The notes beneath the pieces are model-generated. The model was not told the DNA's origin. It was given only the letters and a program-made list of their open reading frames with translations, and did not search any database. The position numbers and the translations under genes are program-made. A stretch of DNA of 4,389 nt from a virus (taxonomy: Duplodnaviria; Heunggongvirae; Uroviricota; Caudoviricetes), in the IMG/VR virus record IMGVR_UViG_2711768053_000013, positions 1 to 4,389 of that record. One strand, written 5' to 3'. Shown here in pieces: positions 1 through 4,389 of the stretch. Position 1 is the first letter of the stretch. Each line of letters opens with the position of its first letter.

Positions 1-1
1 T

Positions 2-958
2 CTGATAGTCACAGACCCGCCATACTTTAAAGTGAAGCCCGAGGGCTGGGATAACCAGTGGAAGGGCGACGATGATTACCTGAAATGGCTGGATCAGTGT
101 CTGGCGCAATTCTGGCGGGTACTGAAACCTGCCGGAAGTCTCTACCTGTTCTGTGGTCATCGTCTGGCATCTGACACCGAAATCATGATGCGTGAGCACT
201 TTAATGTGCTGAACCACATTATCTGGGCGAAGCCGTCCGGGCGCTGGAACGGATGCAACAAGGAAAGCCTGCGGGCGTATTTCCCGGCAACAGAACGCAT
301 TCTGTTTGCAGAACATTATCAGGGGCCATACCAACCCAAAAATGACGGCTATGCGGCAAAGGGGCGCGAGCTAAAACAGCACGTCATGGCCCCGCTGATT
401 TCTTACTTTCGTGATGCGCGTGAATCACTGGGAATAACGTCAAAACAGATAGCGGAAGCCACCGGAAAGAAAAACATGGCTTCGCACTGGTTTGGTATCT
501 GTCAGTGGCAGTTACCGAACGAGGGTGATTACAACAAATTGCAGGCGTTGTTTGCGCGTGTTGCGGCAGAAAAACATCAGCGCGGGGAACTGGAAAAGCC
601 ACACCGCCAACTGGTAAGCACATACAGTGAACTGAACCGGCAATATGCCAGCTTGCTGGAAGAGTACAAATCCCTGCGGCGTTATTTTTCCGTATCGGCA
701 GCTGTTCCTTATACGGATGTCTGGACGCATAAACCCGTGCAGTTTTATCCGGGCAAACATCCCTGTGAAAAACCAGCCGATATGTTGCGCCAGATAATTA
801 CTGCCAGCAGCCGTCCGGGTGATTTGGTTGCTGATTTTTTCATGGGCTCAGGCTCAACAATAAAAGCAGCACTTTCACTGGGACGCCGTGCGATTGGCGT
901 GGAACTGGAAGAAGAGAGATTTAATCAGACTGTAACTGAAATAAAAAATATCTGTTAA
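2..958 (+). CDS. DNA N6-adenine (amino) methyltransferase, beta-class; 5'-truncated by the window edge
   Basis: Frame 2 is open from the window edge and begins LIVTDPPYFK (DPPY catalytic motif IV). An AdoMet-binding FxGxG motif (DFFMGSGST) lies near the C-terminus, giving the motif IV-before-motif I order of beta-class amino-MTases. Stop TAA at 956-958. The ORF track starts at GTG 32 only because the true start lies upstream of the window. Confidence 0.85.
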   Translation: MIVTDPPYFKVKPEGWDNQWKGDDDYLKWLDQCLAQFWRVLKPAGSLYLFCGHRLASDTEIMMREHFNVLNHIIWAKPSGRWNGCNKESLRAYFPATERILFAEHYQGPYQPKNDGYAAKGRELKQHVMAPLISYFRDARESLGITSKQIAEATGKKNMASHWFGICQWQLPNEGDYNKLQALFARVAAEKHQRGELEKPHRQLVSTYSELNRQYASLLEEYKSLRRYFSVSAAVPYTDVWTHKPVQFYPGKHPCEKPADMLRQIITASSRPGDLVADFFMGSGSTIKAALSLGRRAIGVELEEERFNQTVTEIKNIC

Positions 959-1038
959 TTGTGTATGGTGTTATTTCTTATAATTCCGGAATAATAAAAA
1001 TATATATGTATATTTACAATTGCTGACGAGCATTTTTA

Positions 1039-1066
1039 TTGAAAGCGTCCGGGGTATTCGTATTAT
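1039..1066 (+). promoter_or_regulatory. candidate sigma70 promoter for the tRNA array (-35 TTGAAA, 16-bp spacer, -10 TATTAT)
   Basis: TTGAAA at 1039-1044 and TATTAT at 1061-1066. An A+T-rich tract (about 990-1035) lies upstream, UP-element-like. A GC-rich stretch (GCGCTGCGCC, 1068-1077) follows the -10, resembling the discriminator of stable-RNA promoters. Position fits a start roughly 25 nt before the first tRNA. Confidence 0.4.
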
Positions 1067-1098
1067 TGCGCTGCGCCAGAGCAATGATGCAATGGGCA

Positions 1099-1175
1099 GG
1101 CCCTTTAGCTCAGTTGGTCAGAGCGAGCGACTCATAATCGCCAGGTCGCTGGTTCAAGTCCAGCAAGGGCCACCA
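1099..1175 (+). tRNA. tRNA-Ile2 (anticodon CAT, lysidine-type; a Met reading cannot be excluded from the anticodon alone)
   Basis: Cloverleaf read by hand: 7-bp acceptor stem GGCCCTT/AAGGGCC, T8 A9, D-stem GCTC/GAGC, anticodon loop CTCATAA (CAT at 1133-1135), T-arm GCTGG-TTCAAGT-CCAGC, discriminator A, encoded CCA. Closely resembles my recollection of E. coli tRNA-Ile2 (ileX-type). Confidence 0.9.
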
Positions 1176-1176
1176 G

Positions 1177-1253
1177 CCGCCACTAGCTCATCCGGATAGA
1201 GCATCAACCTTCTAAGTTGATGGTGCGAGGTTCGAGTCCTCGGTGGCGGGCCA
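1177..1253 (+). tRNA. tRNA-Arg (anticodon TCT, reads AGA)
   Basis: Acceptor CCGCCAC/GTGGCGG (7 bp), T8 A9, D-stem GCTC/GAGC, anticodon stem TCAAC/GTTGA with loop CTTCTAA (TCT at 1211-1213), T-arm CGAGG-TTCGAGT-CCTCG, discriminator G, encoded CCA. Begins only 1 nt after the previous tRNA. Unusually starts with C1-G72. Confidence 0.85.
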
Positions 1254-1255
1254 GT

Positions 1256-1331
<76 letters not shown>

Positions 1332-1334
1332 TAT

Positions 1335-1409
<75 letters not shown>

Positions 1410-1544
1410 GCAGAGGACGATAGATACTAGGTTGTGTTTAGGCACTGACACATTTTATGTGGGGCGTTTTTCCTGACTCCTTACCTCGCCCTGTACTGTA
1501 ATGAGAGATATCTGTTGCAGCACCAGTGCCATTTTTTACGCCAC

Positions 1545-1610
1545 CGGAATGGTGCATTATTGGTAGAGATTTGCAATGTCTCTGGCAGGGGCTGGTAATG
1601 CATCATTCCG
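1545..1610. repeat. long imperfect inverted repeat (15-bp arms) with a nested 6-bp hairpin
   Basis: Arm 1 CGGAATGGTGCATTA (1545-1559) and arm 2 TAATGCATCATTCCG (1596-1610) are reverse complements at 14 of 15 positions; the one mismatch is a G-T (G-U in RNA). The 36-nt spacer holds a nested hairpin, AGAGAT (1565-1570) / GTCTCT (1578-1583) around loop TTGCAAT. Confidence 0.7.
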
Positions 1611-1681
1611 ATGTTGTAAGCATCGCTCAGAATAACGTTGAGATTAATCGCGTACTAAGCAAAACCTGGAAATACATCCTT

Positions 1682-1707
1682 AACCGCCGCACTAGGCGGT
1701 TTTTTTT
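1682..1707 (+). terminator. rho-independent terminator candidate
   Basis: GC stem CCGCC (1684-1688) / GGCGG (1695-1699), 6-nt loop GCACTA, followed directly by eight T (1700-1707). Confidence 0.6.
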
Positions 1708-1792
1708 ATTCATTTTTTTCATGGCTCGCTACGGCGGGCCTTTTCATATCCTCGCCACACCCGGCGTATATCACATCAAATAACGCCGCGCA

Positions 1793-1814
1793 AAAGGCAT
1801 CTGCGGGTGCCTTT
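1793..1814 (+). other. stem-loop (7-bp stem AAAGGCA/TGCCTTT, 8-nt loop) without an immediate U-tract
   Basis: AAAGGCA (1793-1799) pairs with TGCCTTT (1808-1814). No T-run follows, so this is not a canonical terminator; it may be a processing or regulatory structure. Confidence 0.3.
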
Positions 1815-1831
1815 GACGGGGTGTTTTTTAC

Positions 1832-1853
1832 GGGCCGCTGGTGGCCCTTTTTT
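1832..1853 (+). terminator. rho-independent terminator candidate immediately upstream of the holin RBS
   Basis: Stem GGGCC (1832-1836) / GGCCC (1843-1847), loop GCTGGT, then TTTTTT (1848-1853). Ends 7 nt before the AGGAGA Shine-Dalgarno of the holin gene. Confidence 0.55.
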
Positions 1854-1871
1854 ATTTACAGGAGAAAAAGT

Positions 1872-2264
1872 ATGTCTGAACCCTTATCCGGTTCCGGCAC
1901 GGCTGCGGCGCTCGGCGGGGCGACGGTGTACGGGCTGTTTACCGGAACGGATTTCGGGATTGTGTTTGGTGCGTTCGCCGGGGCGTTATTTGTGGCAACG
2001 ATGCCACAGACGCTTTCAGCCTGGCGTGTGGCAGCGCATTTTCTGGTGTCGTTCATTATCGGCGTGCTGGGCGCAGAGGTTCTGGCTGTCTGGCTGGTAA
2101 AGCACACAGGATTTGACAGTGCGCCTGTTGACGCATTGTGTGCAGTACTGGTGTCAGTGGTGTCGGTGAAGATTCTCTCGTTCATCCACCAGCAGGATAT
2201 TGCATCGCTGGTGTCCGGCCTGTTCTCCCGCCTGCGGGGGGGAGGAGGCGGCAATGTTAAGTAA
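1872..2264 (+). CDS. putative holin (130 aa, multi-TM membrane protein); first gene of the lysis cassette
   Basis: ATG at 1872 preceded by AGGAGA (1860-1865). The translation has three to four hydrophobic helices (GGATVYGLFTG, FGIVFGAFAGALFVATM, AAHFLVSFIIGVLGAEVLAVWLV, ALCAVLVSVVSVKILSFI) and a mildly basic tail. It lies directly upstream of, and overlaps, the other lysis genes. Family not identified. Confidence 0.65.
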   Translation: MSEPLSGSGTAAALGGATVYGLFTGTDFGIVFGAFAGALFVATMPQTLSAWRVAAHFLVSFIIGVLGAEVLAVWLVKHTGFDSAPVDALCAVLVSVVSVKILSFIHQQDIASLVSGLFSRLRGGGGGNVK

Positions 2265-2529
2265 CCTTCCCGGATTACTGAATGTGGCGTTATGCATGGT
2301 TATCGTGCTGACGCTCTTTTTTTATCGTCGCCGTGATTCCAGGCATAAACCGCTGATGTCATGGCTGGCCTGGTTGCTGATGCTGCTGTATGCCTTTGCG
2401 CCCCTCAGCTATCTGTGTGGTCGCCCGTTAGCAACGGGCTGGCTGGAAGTGTTTTTTAATCTGCTGTTCTGCGTGCTGGTGATACGCGCGCGCGGGAATG
2501 TCACAAAAATCTTTCCATTGTTGAGGTGA
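2254..2529 (+). CDS. small 3-TM membrane protein (91 aa); possible second holin or antiholin-like lysis accessory
   Basis: ATG at 2254 preceded by GGAGGAGG (2241-2248); overlaps the holin 3' end by 11 nt in another frame. Three hydrophobic segments separated by short basic loops (YRRRDSRHK; RARGNVTK at the C-terminus). Stop TGA at 2527-2529 sits 2 nt before the endolysin start. Confidence 0.6.
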   Translation: MLSNLPGLLNVALCMVIVLTLFFYRRRDSRHKPLMSWLAWLLMLLYAFAPLSYLCGRPLATGWLEVFFNLLFCVLVIRARGNVTKIFPLLR

Positions 2530-2531
2530 AT

Positions 2532-2909
2532 ATGTCGGGTAAATTCAGATTCAGTCGTCGTAGCGAAAAAAATCTGGAGGGCGTCAAACCACAGCTGGTT
2601 GCTGTCGTTCGCCGTGCGCTGGAGCTGACGGAGGTTGATTTCGGTATTACGGAAGGTCTGCGCAGTAAGTATCGCCAGAAACAGCTGGTTGCAGAAGGTA
2701 AGAGCCAGACCATGAACAGCCGCCACCTGACCGGTGATGCTGTGGATGTTGTGGCTTATGTTGGCAGCCAGGTGTCATGGGACTGGCCTCTGTACGAGAA
2801 AATCGCGCAGGCATTTAAGCAGGCTGCCGCAGAGCTGGGAACCGCCATCGAATGGGGCGGGGACTGGAAAACACTGAAAGACGGACCTCACTTTCAGTTG
2901 AAACGATGA
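2532..2909 (+). CDS. endolysin, peptidase M15 family (L-alanyl-D-glutamate peptidase type)
   Basis: ATG at 2532 with GAGG 5 nt upstream. The translation carries an SRHLTGDAVD motif (His65, Asp72) plus a C-terminal His (DGPHFQ), the Zn-ligand arrangement I recall for T5-type L-Ala-D-Glu peptidase endolysins. Size 125 aa, no signal or TM segment. The ORF track start at 2526 is a GTG two codons upstream in the same frame. Confidence 0.85.
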   Translation: MSGKFRFSRRSEKNLEGVKPQLVAVVRRALELTEVDFGITEGLRSKYRQKQLVAEGKSQTMNSRHLTGDAVDVVAYVGSQVSWDWPLYEKIAQAFKQAAAELGTAIEWGGDWKTLKDGPHFQLKR

Positions 2910-2938
2910 CAGCTTTTATTCTGCAGGAGAATGTTTTG

Positions 2939-2982
2939 AAAAAAAATAAACAAAAAGCCGCAGCATCGGCAAATGCAGCGGC
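2939..2982 (-). terminator. rho-independent terminator for the minus-strand gene 3042-3311
   Basis: On the minus strand an imperfect GC-rich hairpin (plus-strand 2957-2982: GCCGCAGC...GCAGCGGC, 7 bp with one A-A mismatch, 10-nt loop) is followed by a T-rich run (complement of the A-run at 2939-2956). Confidence 0.55.
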
Positions 2983-3041
2983 TGGCACAAAAACCGAATT
3001 GTCATTTTTTGAGCAAATTCAGTCAGAGATTATGGCAATAT

Positions 3042-3311
3042 TTAATGAAGTAGTCCGTTAATCTCTCCTCTGATGTTCTCTTGTGATTGTTCCTCGCCTG
3101 CCTCAATACCCCTGGCAATCTGGCTGAAAATAACATTGGCGAGCTTGCCATTGTGTCTGGTTAGCAGGCGTTCACCCTCCTGAAGGAATGAATTGGCTAG
3201 CTCCTGCTTGTCGCAGCCAGTGAGGCTTGCGACTTTTAGTGAGAGGTGAGTCAGAGCCATTTGCTGGCTGCTGATTAAGGCGACAATTACTTCCAGTTGC
3301 TCTTTAGTCAT
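3042..3311 (-). CDS. hypothetical protein, 89 aa, predicted soluble and helical; independently expressed accessory gene
   Basis: ATG (complement of 3309-3311) preceded on the minus strand by AAAAAGGAGTGTTC, an AGGAG Shine-Dalgarno with 5-nt spacing. Own terminator downstream (2939-2982). Opposite orientation to the flanking late genes. No motif recognised in MTKEQLEVIVALISSQQMALTHLSLKVASLTGCDKQELANSFLQEGERLLTRHNGKLANVIFSQIARGIEAGEEQSQENIRGEINGLLH. Confidence 0.6.
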   Translation of the reverse strand: MTKEQLEVIVALISSQQMALTHLSLKVASLTGCDKQELANSFLQEGERLLTRHNGKLANVIFSQIARGIEAGEEQSQENIRGEINGLLH

Positions 3312-3395
3312 GAACACTCCTTTTTGCGTTTAGTTCAGCGGGGATTGTATCAAGTGAATTGCAAAATTATGAGCCGAAAGCACTGGACACACAGA
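3312..3395. promoter_or_regulatory. divergent promoter region between the minus-strand 89-aa gene and the lipoprotein gene
   Basis: The 84-bp gap between the two divergent start codons has a minus-strand extended -10 candidate, TGATACAAT (complement of 3344-3352). It overlaps a plus-strand candidate: -35 TTGTAT (3345-3350), 17-bp spacer, -10 TATGAG (3368-3373). Both are weak to moderate matches. Confidence 0.35.
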
Positions 3396-3551
3396 ATGCC
3401 GCGAACGGCGGCGAAATGGGCACTGGTAGCGATACTGGTGCCTTTTTTCCTGGTGGGATGCGTCAGCCTGGATAAAGCGCGCCAGCTTTTCGATACAGCT
3501 TCTCAGGTCTGTGAAATTGTCGACGGTGTTCGGCAGTGTCTGCAGAACTGA
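3396..3551 (+). CDS. small lipoprotein (51-aa precursor; lipobox LVGC; about 30-aa mature peptide with two further Cys)
   Basis: MPRTAAKWALVAILVPFFLVGC has a basic n-region, a hydrophobic h-region and an L-V-G-C lipobox. The mature part CVSLDKARQLFDTASQVCEIVDGVRQCLQN has two more cysteines. An in-frame ATG at 3369 would add nine residues (MSRKHWTHR). Neither start has a strong Shine-Dalgarno. Confidence 0.5.
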   Translation: MPRTAAKWALVAILVPFFLVGCVSLDKARQLFDTASQVCEIVDGVRQCLQN

Positions 3552-3562
3552 TCACCTGTAAA

Positions 3563-3578
3563 AGCAAAATATTTTGCT
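3563..3578. repeat. perfect 16-bp palindrome AGCAAAATATTTTGCT
   Basis: The sequence equals its own reverse complement. It lies 12 nt after the lipoprotein stop, in the 170-bp gap upstream of the 99-aa gene, and is not followed by a T-run on either strand. Confidence 0.6.
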
Positions 3579-3722
3579 GAAAAATGAAGGATGCGCCAGC
3601 GTCCGGAAAGCATGAAATTCTGTGTTTGTGGCTATTCAATAAAATAAATTCTTTCTGTCGCCGCGAATACTCAAATGTTGAACAGTGCCCGGTGCGGCGA
3701 CGGGCTTCGATATCAGGAGACG

Positions 3723-4022
3723 ATGATGGAAAAAACAGAAAACAAACCGATTGTAATTGGTGCTGATGCTGCTCCGTTTATGTTTGAGTTGTCTCAACTG
3801 GTGGAGATGCGCATCAGTGATGAATGGGGTGAGGTTAAAGCCCGCGCGCAGTATGCGGATGGCGAAAACCAGTACTTGATCCACTACAAAGCAGCTGATG
3901 GTCGCGCCACAACGGAGTGGTTTGGTGAGTCAATGCTGGAAGCAACAGAAGATGATCGCCATCCGGGCTGTCCGGTATTTGCCGGTATGAAATTACCGGA
4001 AGGCGCAGTTGTTACTGAGTAA
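3723..4022 (+). CDS. hypothetical small acidic protein (99 aa)
   Basis: Tandem ATG ATG at 3723/3726 preceded by AGGAGA (3714-3719). About 19 Asp/Glu against 9 Lys/Arg, no hydrophobic segment. Same strand as, and directly upstream of, the HNH endonuclease gene. Confidence 0.6.
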   Translation: MMEKTENKPIVIGADAAPFMFELSQLVEMRISDEWGEVKARAQYADGENQYLIHYKAADGRATTEWFGESMLEATEDDRHPGCPVFAGMKLPEGAVVTE

Positions 4023-4083
4023 CAGGCATTACAGCAGCCCTTCAGTGAGGGGCTGCGATAATGCCGGTATTAAGGAGATTCCA

Positions 4084-4389
4084 ATGCCATCACGAATACC
4101 CCGCGCCTGTCGTAAGCGTGGATGTGCAGGCACAACAACAGACAGTTCGGGTTACTGCGATAAGCATCGCGGTGAAGGCTGGGTGCAGCACCAGCGCGGA
4201 CTGAGCCGCCACCAGCGTGGCTATGGCTCAAAATGGACGGTGATTCGTGCCCGTATTCTGAAGCGCGATAAAGGTCTGTGTCAGTTGTGTCTGCGTGTCG
4301 GTGTGGTGAGCGAGGCGAAAACCGTCGACCACATCATCCCGAAAGCGCATGGCGGAACAGACGCAGATAGCAACCTGCAGAGTCTGTGC
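4084..4389 (+). CDS. HNH endonuclease (phage packaging-associated type); 3'-truncated by the window edge
   Basis: ATG at 4084 with AAGGAG (4072-4077) 6 nt upstream. Hand translation MPSRIPRACRKRGCAGTTTDSSGYCDKHRGEGWVQHQRGLSRHQRGYGSKWTVIRARILKRDKGLCQLCLRVGVVSEAKTVDHIIPKAHGGTDADSNLQSLC shows Cys pairs (CxxC...CxxC) and the DHIIPxxxGG...N HNH core. Open to the end of the window. Confidence 0.85.
   Translation, partial: MPSRIPRACRKRGCAGTTTDSSGYCDKHRGEGWVQHQRGLSRHQRGYGSKWTVIRARILKRDKGLCQLCLRVGVVSEAKTVDHIIPKAHGGTDADSNLQSLC

Noticed and set aside
384-760. Minus-strand ORFs 384-623 and 512-760 from the ORF track
   Set aside because: Both lie entirely antisense within the methyltransferase CDS, which has clear catalytic motifs; no RBS or independent support; typical shadow ORFs.
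1526-1783. Plus-strand ORF of 85 aa (GTG start)
   Set aside because: It reads through the long inverted repeat and the 1682-1707 terminator, has no RBS, and its translation is low-complexity (for example RRTRRFFLFIFF from the T-run). More likely non-coding regulatory DNA.
1410-1871. Search for Shiga-toxin or other cargo genes at the tRNA-to-holin position
   Set aside because: No ORF with a signal peptide or any credible coding potential is present; the interval is filled by hairpins and terminators.
1807-2254. ORFs 1807-2100 (+) and 1856-2254 (-) overlapping the holin gene
   Set aside because: Alternative-frame and antisense ORFs inside the holin CDS; Pro/Arg/Cys-rich translations typical of out-of-frame GC-rich sequence; no start context.
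2485-2494. Alternating (CG)5 tract, considered as a repeat or Z-DNA element
   Set aside because: Short, and lies inside the coding sequence of the small membrane protein (encodes IRARG); no evidence of a separate function.
2409-2726. Minus-strand ORFs 2409-2726 and 2501-2713
   Set aside because: Antisense to the small membrane protein and endolysin genes, whose frames carry coherent membrane and catalytic features; shadow ORFs.
2852-3061. Plus-strand ORF (51 aa if started at ATG 2906, which overlaps the endolysin stop as ATGA)
   Set aside because: Its Ala-rich middle (AAASANAAAG) is encoded by the GC hairpin of the minus-strand terminator, and its 3' end overlaps the well-supported minus-strand gene. 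No TM or lipobox that would mark a spanin. Translational coupling to the endolysin remains possible but is unsupported.
3584-3884. ORFs 3584-3766 (+) and 3636-3884 (-)
   Set aside because: The first spans intergenic DNA and runs out of frame into the start of the 99-aa gene; the second is antisense to that gene. Neither has an RBS, and both are Cys/Arg-rich.
4034-4056. Stem-loop GCAGCCC/GGGCTGC between the acidic-protein gene and the HNH gene, considered as a terminator
   Set aside because: No U-tract follows, and the HNH RBS starts 16 nt downstream; more likely an mRNA structure than an intrinsic terminator.

Overview
This window reads as the late-region junction of a lambdoid enterobacterial prophage. 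All calls come from reading the translations and the sequence by eye; no database search or folding program was run. In order: the 3' portion of a beta-class DPPY DNA amino-methyltransferase gene (runs off the 5' edge); a tightly packed array of four tRNA genes (Ile-CAU, Arg-UCU, Thr-UGU, Gly-UCC); about 460 bp of structured non-coding DNA with a long inverted repeat and two intrinsic-terminator-like hairpins; a lysis cassette (holin-like membrane protein, a second small 3-TM protein, an M15-type peptidase endolysin) with no recognisable spanin genes; a divergently transcribed pair of small accessory genes (an 89-aa protein on the minus strand with its own RBS and terminator, and a ~51-aa lipoprotein on the plus strand); a 99-aa strongly acidic protein; and the 5' part of an HNH endonuclease gene running off the 3' edge. 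No toxin gene, CRISPR array, integrase or transposase was seen. The most plausible place for an undescribed function is the accessory gene pair between the endolysin and the packaging genes, but its function cannot be assigned from sequence alone.
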